A stretch of 64,000 nucleotides of DNA from Actinomycetota bacterium (GTDB lineage Bacteria > Actinomycetota > Actinomycetes > Actinomycetales > Microbacteriaceae), in NCBI GenBank assembly GCA_041178865.1, contig JBEGUL010000027.1:12152-76151 (forward strand). The letters are read 5' to 3'. The notes under the pieces were generated by a model. It had not been told where the DNA came from and ran no database searches. It saw only the letters and a program-made list of their open reading frames with translations. A program made the translations under genes and the position numbers. This document shows positions 10,044 to 19,219 of this stretch, in pieces; within the stretch, counting starts at the first letter, position 1, and each line of letters begins with the position of its first letter.

Positions 10044-10742
10044 GTGGGTAGACATTCAGAAGTAACGAGCGGGTCGGACCTTTCGGTCGTCCGCTCATTA
10101 CGCGACTCCGCGAACAAGGGAAAGATGAAGTTTTCATCTAGCTCTGTGACTCGCCCTCGCCTTGTCATGCCCACACTTTTCCCCTCGCAGAGGTCTTTTG
10201 GCCTGTTCTCGTCAGCCTTCACTGTCACTGTGGGAGTTCTCCTGGTGAACGTCGTTGACCCCTACTCCGGGGCAGTGGCATCCCCGTATTACATTCCAGC
10301 AACTGTGGTTTCCCAGGAAGGCCAAGACGTCAATATCGAGGGAACCTACACAACTGCTGCTGGTCGAGATGGTGTCACTGTGACTGCACGTTCTGCCGCT
10401 AAAGCGTCAGCCACAGCGCCTGCTGCAGGAATTCCAGATCCTGACACAGCTCAGGCGATGGGCCTGGTTGCTGTTCAGGCCCGTGGCTGGGGCATGGAAC
10501 AATATGACTGCCTCGTTGCACTGTGGAACAGAGAATCTCGTTGGAATGTCTATGCTCACAATAAGAGCAGCGGTGCATACGGTATTCCGCAGTCTCTGCC
10601 TGGTGAGAAGATGGCTACCGTCGCAGACGACTGGCAGACCAACCCGGCAACTCAGATTGAATGGGGCCTGCGATACATCACGGCTCGCTATGGGTCCCCC
10701 TGTGGTGCCTGGGCACACTCTGAAGCTGTTCACTGGTACTAA
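10044..10742 (+). CDS. Lytic transglycosylase (SLT-like) domain protein
   Basis: CLVALWNRESRWN, SSGAYGIPQSLPG, NPATQIEWGLRYI..RYGSPCGAW. Confidence 0.9.
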   Translation: MGRHSEVTSGSDLSVVRSLRDSANKGKMKFSSSSVTRPRLVMPTLFPSQRSFGLFSSAFTVTVGVLLVNVVDPYSGAVASPYYIPATVVSQEGQDVNIEGTYTTAAGRDGVTVTARSAAKASATAPAAGIPDPDTAQAMGLVAVQARGWGMEQYDCLVALWNRESRWNVYAHNKSSGAYGIPQSLPGEKMATVADDWQTNPATQIEWGLRYITARYGSPCGAWAHSEAVHWY

Positions 10743-11032
10743 TGGCGCGCAACAATCGTTCGCGCAAGCGTGAGGCCGAGTATGAGCCTCTCGATGTTGA
10801 GCGCCTGACCACGGGCTGGCGGCGGACAGAGGTGCGCTCAGGCCGTCAATGGACCGTGCAGCCGATTTCTGCCCTCAATGCGACCAAGAGTTACACCTGC
10901 CCTGGATGCTCGTTAGAGATCGCTCCAGGCGTCTCTCACCTGGTTGCCTGGCGTAACGATGGCATTCTGGGGGACCAGGCTGATATCGAAGCTCGTCGCC
11001 ACTGGCACGAGGCGTGTTGGAAAGTGAGTTAG
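10742..11032 (+). CDS. Conserved small actinobacterial protein with Cys/His metal-binding motif
   Basis: YTCPGC...H...RRHWHEACW; TAATG coupling to upstream gene. Confidence 0.75.
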   Translation: MARNNRSRKREAEYEPLDVERLTTGWRRTEVRSGRQWTVQPISALNATKSYTCPGCSLEIAPGVSHLVAWRNDGILGDQADIEARRHWHEACWKVS

Positions 11033-11035
11033 TCC

Positions 11036-11773
11036 ATGACTACTGAAATTCGTGGTGGTATCAACCTGCCCGCTCTGCGAGAAGAGATTGAACTTCACAC
11101 CAGCGATGGACTAACCCTGGTGGGGGAGTTGGCTATGCCTGTGGGCGGGATGCCTGTGGCCACTTTGGTCACCTTGCACCCGCTCCCCACTGCGGGTGGC
11201 TTTATGGACTCTCACATTCTTCGCAAGGCAGCTGGGCGTTTGCCAGCTCTAGCAAACATCGCAGTCCTGCGCTTTAACACCCGTGGCACTAAGTCCGCCC
11301 GAGGCCACAGCCATGGTGAATTTGGCCACGGTGTTGATGAGCGCGCTGACGTCGCTGCGGCAATGGCATTTGTGCACGAGCGTGGACTTCCTCATCCTTG
11401 GCTTGTGGGATGGTCTTTCGGAACAGAGCTGGCGTTGAAGTATGGGCGTGAACACGCCATCGAGGGCGCAATTCTGCTGTCGCCACCACTGCATCGTGCG
11501 ACAGCTGACGAAGTAGCAGCCTGGAATGGCGACCATCGACAGCTCATCGCGCTGGTGCCTGAATTGGATGACTATTTGCAGGGTCCAGAAGCCCGTGAGC
11601 GCTTCTCTTCCGTCTCCCACATCGACATTGTCGAGGTGGAGGGTGGTAAGCACCTCTGGGTAGGGGAGAACCAGACCAAGCGGGTGCTCAATGAAATCGT
11701 GGAACGCGTGAATCCAACAGCAGCCCCACTTCCAGAGATGTGGGACGGCGAGGTCGCTGGTTCCAGCGACTAA
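11036..11773 (+). CDS. Alpha/beta hydrolase
   Basis: HPLPTAGG, LRFNTRG, GWSFG nucleophile elbow, GKHLW. Confidence 0.9.
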   Translation: MTTEIRGGINLPALREEIELHTSDGLTLVGELAMPVGGMPVATLVTLHPLPTAGGFMDSHILRKAAGRLPALANIAVLRFNTRGTKSARGHSHGEFGHGVDERADVAAAMAFVHERGLPHPWLVGWSFGTELALKYGREHAIEGAILLSPPLHRATADEVAAWNGDHRQLIALVPELDDYLQGPEARERFSSVSHIDIVEVEGGKHLWVGENQTKRVLNEIVERVNPTAAPLPEMWDGEVAGSSD

Positions 11774-11797
11774 ACAAGAACTCTCTGAGAAGAGAAG

Positions 11798-12847
11798 TTA
11801 CGCCTCATTTTGATTGGGGATGACGACTTCTTTGATGATCAGAACAATGGATGCTGCGATAGGAATCGCGACCAGTGCACCCAGGATACCCATCAGTGTT
11901 CCACCCGCCAGCGCGGCGATAACCACGATGGATCCGGGGATAGATATCGCCTTGTTCATGATCTTGGGGCTGAATACATACGCCTCAACCTGCATGTAGA
12001 TCAAGAAGTAGATGCCAATGATGATGGCAACCTGACCATCAGCCAAAACCAATTGGCCCAGGGTGACGATGATGGAGGCCATCACCGTACCAATGAGGGG
12101 GATCAGGGCAAACAGGAAGGCCAAGAAGGCGAACAGCAAGGCTTGCTTGCCGCCAATCAGGTTCAGCACAATAAATGCTAAGAAACCATTGAGTGCAGCC
12201 AATGCGATCTGTCCGACCACATATTTACCCACGCCGCCGGTGATTTGTTCGCTCATGCCGATGAACTTCTCACGCTTGCTTTGAGGAACCAGAGAGTAGG
12301 CAGTGTTCTTGATGGTCTGCAATGAAGCGGTGAAGTACAAGGTCAAAATGACAACAATCAAGGTGCCCGTCAGTGCGTTTGCCACGCCCACGCCCACAGC
12401 TAAAGCGCCACCGGCTATTTTGCTGATGTTGGCGGGATCGCCGAAGAACTTACCCACTTCGGAAATGACTTGATTGATGTCAATAAAGCTTCCGAATTGC
12501 TTATCAAAAAGTGCAATCCAGTCCTTGGTTTTGAGTGAGGTGATTTCGGCAGGAAGAGTGTTCCACAACGTGACAATTTGTTCGACCATCATGGGCACGA
12601 TGGCAATAAGAATGCCAGCAACAGAGCCAACGACTGCAATGACGACGGTCAAAATTGATGCCCACTTGGGAAGCCCTTTAGACGTCAGCCACTTCACCGC
12701 GGGGTCGAGACCCAAAGACAGGAACAACGCAATAAAGATGTAGGTCAATACGGTTGCTAAAGACTGTACGGCCGTCATCAAGACAAGGCCTAGGCCTACG
12801 CCCAAACTTCCGATCAAACCAGCGCGGAAAGCATTCTGGATACGCAT
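11798..12847 (-). CDS. AI-2E (PerM) family transporter
   Basis: Multi-TM; LIPLIG, QVEAYVFSPKIM, GILGALVAIP. Confidence 0.92.
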   Translation of the reverse strand: MRIQNAFRAGLIGSLGVGLGLVLMTAVQSLATVLTYIFIALFLSLGLDPAVKWLTSKGLPKWASILTVVIAVVGSVAGILIAIVPMMVEQIVTLWNTLPAEITSLKTKDWIALFDKQFGSFIDINQVISEVGKFFGDPANISKIAGGALAVGVGVANALTGTLIVVILTLYFTASLQTIKNTAYSLVPQSKREKFIGMSEQITGGVGKYVVGQIALAALNGFLAFIVLNLIGGKQALLFAFLAFLFALIPLIGTVMASIIVTLGQLVLADGQVAIIIGIYFLIYMQVEAYVFSPKIMNKAISIPGSIVVIAALAGGTLMGILGALVAIPIAASIVLIIKEVVIPNQNEA

Positions 12848-12861
12848 CGGGGGCTCCTTTG

Positions 12862-13953
12862 TTAGCGGTCGAGCTTTTTCGTCGTCACAGCGTCACCCAG
12901 TGATTGCTGTAACTCCAACCGTAGTGCGTCAAAGAACGCAGCGACGGCTTCTCGCTCGACACGAATTCCTTCGAGTTGTGCATAGACCGAAGACAACACA
13001 GCTGCCACGTACTTCTCAGCATCTGCAATCTTCTTGCGCGCAAGCTTGTCGGCGCTGGATTCTTCCTTTGAAGCTTTCACGCGTGCTGTTTCAACAACCT
13101 CGGCAGCAGTTGCGGCGGCATCCTTTTGGATTGCATCAATGTCAGCCTCCACTGCACGAAGACGTGTGCGAGCCGTGGCGAGTTGAGCCTCTGCTGCGCC
13201 GATGTATTTCTCTGTCTGCATGACTGATTCCTGGTGGCGGACCTGAAGTTCTGATTCCATCTCAGCTCGAACAGCGGCACCGTCAGCGTTCAGCTTAAGA
13301 ATGCGCATAATCTCATCGCTGACCGTGACTTTGGGGTCGCGGTTCGTGGTCAAGACAAGCTTGAGTTCTTCTACTTCACGCTTGGCCTCAGCCATGAAAC
13401 GTTCAACATCGTTGCGGCTTTCCGCACGAAGGTTCGCTGCGACTGTTGCTGCTTCGCCACGAAGGCGTTGCGCTTCGGTCTGTGCATCTGCCAAAAGCGC
13501 AGCAGCATCGTGCTGTGCATCAGAAATAATCTGTTCCGCTTTCTGGAGGGCCTGCTGTTCCAGAGAGTTTTTCAGGGCAAGAGACTCCGCATAGGCAGCT
13601 TCATAACCGTCACGTGCAGCTTCAATGAACTGACTGGAGGTCTTCTCGGCTGCTGATCGAATAAACAACGCATCGCTTTCAGCACGTCGCACAATCTCGG
13701 CAGCCATCTTGTCTGCCTTCTTGAGCTTGTTGTTGAGCTTGGTACTCAGTCCCTCAACAGTGGGAGTGCTCTTCACGCCGGCTTCGAGCTCCAGTTCCGC
13801 ACTGCGCTGTTCAAGCTCCTTGAGCTGGGCGAGGGTTTCATCGTGAAGGGTTTTCGCTCCCAGGAGTTCACGGCGAAGCTTTTGAACCAGGGGATCAACC
13901 TCTGCGGGGTCGTATCCGCGCAGTACGCGAGAAAACGATTCTTCCGATGCCAC
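12862..13953 (-). CDS. DivIVA-domain coiled-coil protein
   Basis: FSRVLRGYDPAEVD followed by a long Ala/Glu-rich coiled coil. GTG start at 13953 with GGAGG RBS. Confidence 0.8.
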   Translation of the reverse strand: MASEESFSRVLRGYDPAEVDPLVQKLRRELLGAKTLHDETLAQLKELEQRSAELELEAGVKSTPTVEGLSTKLNNKLKKADKMAAEIVRRAESDALFIRSAAEKTSSQFIEAARDGYEAAYAESLALKNSLEQQALQKAEQIISDAQHDAAALLADAQTEAQRLRGEAATVAANLRAESRNDVERFMAEAKREVEELKLVLTTNRDPKVTVSDEIMRILKLNADGAAVRAEMESELQVRHQESVMQTEKYIGAAEAQLATARTRLRAVEADIDAIQKDAAATAAEVVETARVKASKEESSADKLARKKIADAEKYVAAVLSSVYAQLEGIRVEREAVAAFFDALRLELQQSLGDAVTTKKLDR

Positions 13954-14153
13954 AGTTGACCTCCATAGCCCCGTGGTTTCGGGGAAATCTAACTGTGTGA
14001 GTCTACCTAGCTCCAGCACTCAGTGCAGTTCTGCAGAGGGCTTAAGCCCCTTCTCAGGTTTGTTTCGACTGTTTCGGGTATCTTTGTCAGTGACTTAACG
14101 TGACGCAGTGACCGGTTCTGGAGTCATGCGGAAATACGTGGAGGAGACAAATA

Positions 14154-15938
14154 GTGCGGTTCCTTATTGCCATTGGTGTGTTTACCGTGGCTGCAGTTTT
14201 GCTCGGTGTGGGTGTTGTTCAGAAAGTGTTCTTTGCTGGAGACGAATACACAACCCTCACCACAACTGTGGAACCCAACGCTGCTTACCTTGTCATTGAT
14301 GGCAAGACTCTCACGATGCATGGAACCAACCCCATCATCACCGTCTCAGGAACCAAGGAAACTTTCATTGGCTTTGGCCGCTCAGAAGATGTTTCTGGCT
14401 GGATCGGTAGTGATGACTTTGACGTCCTCAAGTTCTCCGTCAAGAAGAATGAGTTTGTTTTTGGCGAAGGTAAGCCTGCTGTTGTTGAACAGGCCACTCT
14501 CGAGACTCCTGCGCTGACGGAAGACCCCATTGTTTATCCTGCGGGAAGCGACCTGTGGTTGGGTGAAGCTGAAGGTAAATCCTCGGCAACCTTGGCGACG
14601 TTCCTCGACAACGGAATGTCTGCGATCGTCTCTGCAGATGGCATCACTGACGCCCCTGGGAACGTGACCATTGCATGGCCTTTACCTAGCCGTATTCCTT
14701 TTGCAACGGGGTTCATCATTGCTGGTGGTATTGCAGCTCTGGCTGGCCTGATTCTGTATCTGTGGGCATTGCGTCACGACAAATATTCTCAAGGTCCTCG
14801 CCGTCGTGGCAAGCTTCCTAAGCCACCCAAGCCACGTACCTTGAGTCTGCCTACTCCCAAGTCTTTGGTCAGCGCAGCTCCCAAAGGACGCCGCGGGATT
14901 TCTCGCGGATCGAGCTTCGTCGCTCTCGGTGTTGCTGGCGCCCTGTCACTGGGTTTAAGTTCTTGCAGTCCCTACAACTCCGGACAGGGCCTTGTTGAGG
15001 CAACTCCCACAGCAACCGCATCGGTAGAGATTGAGGGACAGCCACCTGCTGTGACAGAACGCCAATTGCAGCGCATCCTCAGCAAGATTGCTGACACAGT
15101 AACCGCTGCTGATGTGGCATTGGACCCTGCACTCTCCAGTACTCGACTCATTGGGCCTGCGCAGGAAATTCGTGCAGCTAACTACGCCATTCGCAAGGCA
15201 GATGCCAGCGCAGCAGCGTTGCCTGCGCTTGCAGCATCACCGATTACTTTCACTATGCCTCAGGCCACAGCTACCTGGCCACGCCAGGTCATCGCTGTTG
15301 TGCAGAACGAGAATGACCCCTCTGTTCCCACCATGGGTCTGATGATGATTCAGGATTCACCTCGTGAGAACTATCACGTGGAGTACATGGTGACTCTTGA
15401 ACCCAATGCTCAGGTGCCGACGGTTGCCCCTGCCACGGTGGGCTCTGCCCTGGTTCCAGCTGACTCCAAGTTGTTGCTGATTTCACCTGACCAGCTTTCA
15501 GCCGCCTACGGTTCAGTGTTGACACAGGGCGCGGACAGCCCGTATTACGGTCTTTTTGATTTCACCTCGGACACTCTGATTACTCAGGTGGGCAAGGACT
15601 ACAAGGCTCAGAAGGCGGCTTCTGTTGCAGAGAATGCCTCGCTTGAATTCAGCCAGAACGCGGGCTCAGGAGAACCACTAGGTCTTGCCACCATGGATTC
15701 AGGTGCAATTGTCACCGTTGGACTCAACGAGATTGAAACCGTTCGTCCAACCCAAACGGGCGCTTCAGTCAGCCCCGAAGGATTGGCCAAGATCCTCAGT
15801 GGAATTAGTACCTCCACAACAGGGATTGAATCCACCTACGGCATGGAACTTGCCTTCTATGTGCCACCACTGGGCAGCACAGAGAAGATTCGACTCCTGG
15901 GCTACACCCAAGCCTTAATCTCAGCTCGAGGACTCTAA
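14154..15938 (+). CDS. Membrane-anchored protein of unknown function with an internal lipobox-like segment
   Basis: 594 aa ORF with GGAGGAG RBS; N-terminal TM, second TM, basic linker, LSSC at residue 271. Confidence 0.75.
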   Translation: MRFLIAIGVFTVAAVLLGVGVVQKVFFAGDEYTTLTTTVEPNAAYLVIDGKTLTMHGTNPIITVSGTKETFIGFGRSEDVSGWIGSDDFDVLKFSVKKNEFVFGEGKPAVVEQATLETPALTEDPIVYPAGSDLWLGEAEGKSSATLATFLDNGMSAIVSADGITDAPGNVTIAWPLPSRIPFATGFIIAGGIAALAGLILYLWALRHDKYSQGPRRRGKLPKPPKPRTLSLPTPKSLVSAAPKGRRGISRGSSFVALGVAGALSLGLSSCSPYNSGQGLVEATPTATASVEIEGQPPAVTERQLQRILSKIADTVTAADVALDPALSSTRLIGPAQEIRAANYAIRKADASAAALPALAASPITFTMPQATATWPRQVIAVVQNENDPSVPTMGLMMIQDSPRENYHVEYMVTLEPNAQVPTVAPATVGSALVPADSKLLLISPDQLSAAYGSVLTQGADSPYYGLFDFTSDTLITQVGKDYKAQKAASVAENASLEFSQNAGSGEPLGLATMDSGAIVTVGLNEIETVRPTQTGASVSPEGLAKILSGISTSTTGIESTYGMELAFYVPPLGSTEKIRLLGYTQALISARGL

Positions 15939-16921
15939 TGTCATTGCCTTCTCTTCCCAACCTTCGTGGAGCAGTTGATCTCAGCTCGCTGGTTAACCGC
16001 CCACAACAAGGTTCCGTGAATACTGCTGGTGGAACCCGTGCACCAGGAGAAGCACCTGCTCCGGTCTCTGCGGGAGCTCTTGTTCCTGTTCCCCAGCTGG
16101 TGCTCGAAGGCACTGACGCCAACTTCACTGCGATCCTTGATCTGTCCAACCAAGTGCCCGTCATCGTGGATCTCTGGGCAGAAGAAGCACCGCAGTGCAC
16201 CGAACTCTCCCCAATCCTTGAAAAGCTCGTGTTGGGCTTTGAAGGTCGATTGATTCTGGTTCGTGTGAACGCTGTGGAGAATCCTGGACTCACTCAGGCT
16301 TTCCAAGCTGAGACGGTTCCGACAACTGCTGCAGTGCTTGCTGGGCGTCCACTCCCTCTGTTCGCAGGCGTGGCCGGCGAAGCCGACATTTTCAACCTGT
16401 TCGAGCAGGTGCTCGAACTTGCAGCGCAAAACGGTGTTGTAGGTATTGCTCAGCCTGCAGGGATTTCCAGTGGAGAAGCTGCACCTGTTGCCCCGCCAGC
16501 TCCAGCACTGCCGCCGCTTCACCAAGAAGCTTTTGATGCCGCTGAGCGTGCTGACTACCCCGCAGCTATTGCTGCGTGGGAGAAGGCACTCAAGCAGAAC
16601 CCCAACGATGCAGATGCCAAGGCAGGACTTGCTCAGATTTCTCTCCTGCACCGCCTGCAAGGCAAAGCAATGGCAGATATTCGTGCCGCCGCAGCTGCCA
16701 GCCCTGACGGGCTAGAGCAGCAACTTGATGTTGCTGACCTCGATGTCTCGGGTGGTCATGTTGATGACGCCTTTGACCGGTTACTGGTGCTGTTCCCCAC
16801 ACTTGATCAGGACGGGAAGAACGTCGTTCGTGCTCGCTTGTTAGAGCTATTTGAAGTGGTCGGTCTCACTGACCCCGCCGTCAACACCGCACGCATGCGG
16901 TTGACGAATCTGCTCTACTAA
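15938..16921 (+). CDS. Thioredoxin-TPR co-chaperone (YbbN/CnoX-like)
   Basis: GAVDLSSL, PVIVDLWA..APQC..LSP (degenerate CxxC), TPR repeats, C-terminal RLTNLLY. Confidence 0.88.
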   Translation: MSLPSLPNLRGAVDLSSLVNRPQQGSVNTAGGTRAPGEAPAPVSAGALVPVPQLVLEGTDANFTAILDLSNQVPVIVDLWAEEAPQCTELSPILEKLVLGFEGRLILVRVNAVENPGLTQAFQAETVPTTAAVLAGRPLPLFAGVAGEADIFNLFEQVLELAAQNGVVGIAQPAGISSGEAAPVAPPAPALPPLHQEAFDAAERADYPAAIAAWEKALKQNPNDADAKAGLAQISLLHRLQGKAMADIRAAAAASPDGLEQQLDVADLDVSGGHVDDAFDRLLVLFPTLDQDGKNVVRARLLELFEVVGLTDPAVNTARMRLTNLLY

Positions 16922-16924
16922 GGC

Positions 16925-19219
16925 TTATTTAGCTGGTTTGTAGAAGAACAGCACACCCAGTGGCGGCACGGTGATGCGAGCTGAGTGCTCGAATGAACCC
17001 CACTGGTCTTTTGTCGCGGTGACCTTGCCCATGTTGCCCACGCCAGATCCGCCAAAGTCAGTGGCATCAGAGTTGAACAATTCAGTCCACACTCCACCTG
17101 ATGGCAAGCCAAGCTGGAAATCACTGTGGGGGTTGCCTGCAAAGTTTGCAACGACAGCTAAAGCATTGCCCTTCTTGTCGTAGCGAACGAAGGAAACAAG
17201 GTTGCGGCCGTTGTCTGCGCCATCAATCCACTGGAAGCCTGCGGGGTCGCTATCGCGTTCCCACAATGCTGGGGTGGCTTTATAGACGGTGTTGAGCTGT
17301 TTCACCATGCGCTGCAGCCCCTGGTGAGCTGGCTGGTCCAGAATCCACCAATCGAGTGAGCGTTCTTCGCTCCACTCAGAGGGCTGACCAAACTCTTGAC
17401 CCATGAACAACAATTGCTTGCCGGGGTGACCCCACATAAATGCGAGATAGGCGCGCATATTGGCAAGCTTTTGCCAGTGATCACCGGGCATCTTGGCCAG
17501 AAGAGAACCCTTACCGTGGACAACCTCGTCATGCGAGATAGGGAGAACGAAGTTCTCACTAAACGCATATTGGAACGAGAACGTGATGTCCCAGTGGTGG
17601 TGCTCGCGATACATCGGGTCAGTGTGGATGTATTCCAGGCTGTCGTGCATCCAGCCCATGTTCCACTTGAAGCCAAAGCCCAGCCCACCACCTTCCGTGG
17701 GGGCGGTAACACCGCCCCAGGACGTGGATTCTTCTGCAGCCATGGTCACGCCGGGGTGGTGCTTGTAAACCGTCGCATTGGCTTCCTGGAGGAAGTTGAT
17801 AGCTTCGAGGTTCTCGCGGCCACCGAACTGGTTTGGCAGCCACTGACCGTCTTCACGGCTGTAGTCCAGATAGAGCATGGATGCGACAGCATCCACGCGC
17901 AGACCATCAATGTGGAATTCTTCTATCCAGTAGAGCGCGTTGGCGACGAGGAAGTTGCGAACTTCATTGCGTCCAAAATCGAAGATGTAGGTACCCCAGT
18001 CAGGGTGTTCACCCTTGCGGGGATCTGCATGCTCATAGAGTGGCTGACCATCGAAGCGAGCCAGCGCCCACTCATCCTTGGGGAAGTGGCCAGGAACCCA
18101 ATCCAACAAAACGCCAATACCGGCATCGTGCAGGCGGTCAATCAAGTACTTCAGGTCATCAGGGTTACCAAAACGAGCAGTTGGGGCGTAATAACCGGTG
18201 ACTTGATAGCCCCAAGACGGTCCGTAGGGGTGTTCTGCCAAAGGCATGAACTCCACGTGAGTGAAACCGGTTTCTAGAACGTGACCAATGAGGTCATCTG
18301 CGAGTTCGCGGTAAGACAGTCCCTGGCGCCACGAGCCCACGTGCAACTCATAGATGCTCATGGGAGCTTCATGAGCCTTCGTCTTGTCGCGCGTGGTAAC
18401 CCATTTCTTGTCGCCCCACTTGTAGTTCGAGTGAGCAATGACGGAGCCGGTCAGAGGAGGACACTCCGTCTGACGTGCCATGGGGTCAGCGCGCTCAACC
18501 CACTGGTCGGCTTGGGTCAGCAGTTCAAACTTGTAGGTCTCACCTGGGTGCACATCGGGAACGAAGAGCTCCCAGACGCCGCTTGCGCCCAGGGATCGCA
18601 TGGAGTGGGCTTCGCCATTCCAGCTATTGAAGGTTCCCTTCACGCGCACTGCCTTGGCATTGGGGGCCCAGACAGCAAAAGCAGTTCCTTGCACGGTGCC
18701 CTTGACACCACCGTGGCCAATGTAGCGGGCACCCAGGACCTCCCAGAGCCGCTCGTGACGTCCTTCACGAATGAGGTGCAGGTCGAGTTCGCCTACGGTC
18801 GGTGCAAAACGGTAACCGTCTTCGGCAATCCACTCGGCACCATCGGGATAGCGGGTCTCAATAACGTAGTCAGTGAGCCCGAGAGTATGAGCGCCTTCCC
18901 AAATACCGTGGCCGGCATGAGAGAGTTCGATCCGCGCTTTACTGCCCAGAACTGCGATAACTTCGGTCGCGAGAGGGCGACGCGTACGAATGACGGTGAC
19001 AGAGTTTCTAGATCCTTCAACGGGAATCAAGTGCTGTCCCAACACGCTGTGAGGGTCGTAGTGGCTTCCCTGAGCAACCCAGGCAAGGAGGCCGTCATCG
19101 AGTGAGGGAGTCTGCCATTCAGTGGCGCCCTTGGTTTTCTTGGCGGGCGTCTTCTTCACGGGTGTGGTCTTCTCTGCAGCATGTTTGGGTGCTGCTTTCT
19201 TCGGTGGCTTCTCAGTCAT
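16925..19219 (-). CDS. glgB: 1,4-alpha-glucan branching enzyme
   Basis: VWAPNA, IYELHVGSW, SWGYQVTGY, DGLRVDAVASMLY, AEES, SHDEVVHGK. Confidence 0.98.
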   Translation of the reverse strand: MTEKPPKKAAPKHAAEKTTPVKKTPAKKTKGATEWQTPSLDDGLLAWVAQGSHYDPHSVLGQHLIPVEGSRNSVTVIRTRRPLATEVIAVLGSKARIELSHAGHGIWEGAHTLGLTDYVIETRYPDGAEWIAEDGYRFAPTVGELDLHLIREGRHERLWEVLGARYIGHGGVKGTVQGTAFAVWAPNAKAVRVKGTFNSWNGEAHSMRSLGASGVWELFVPDVHPGETYKFELLTQADQWVERADPMARQTECPPLTGSVIAHSNYKWGDKKWVTTRDKTKAHEAPMSIYELHVGSWRQGLSYRELADDLIGHVLETGFTHVEFMPLAEHPYGPSWGYQVTGYYAPTARFGNPDDLKYLIDRLHDAGIGVLLDWVPGHFPKDEWALARFDGQPLYEHADPRKGEHPDWGTYIFDFGRNEVRNFLVANALYWIEEFHIDGLRVDAVASMLYLDYSREDGQWLPNQFGGRENLEAINFLQEANATVYKHHPGVTMAAEESTSWGGVTAPTEGGGLGFGFKWNMGWMHDSLEYIHTDPMYREHHHWDITFSFQYAFSENFVLPISHDEVVHGKGSLLAKMPGDHWQKLANMRAYLAFMWGHPGKQLLFMGQEFGQPSEWSEERSLDWWILDQPAHQGLQRMVKQLNTVYKATPALWERDSDPAGFQWIDGADNGRNLVSFVRYDKKGNALAVVANFAGNPHSDFQLGLPSGGVWTELFNSDATDFGGSGVGNMGKVTATKDQWGSFEHSARITVPPLGVLFFYKPAK

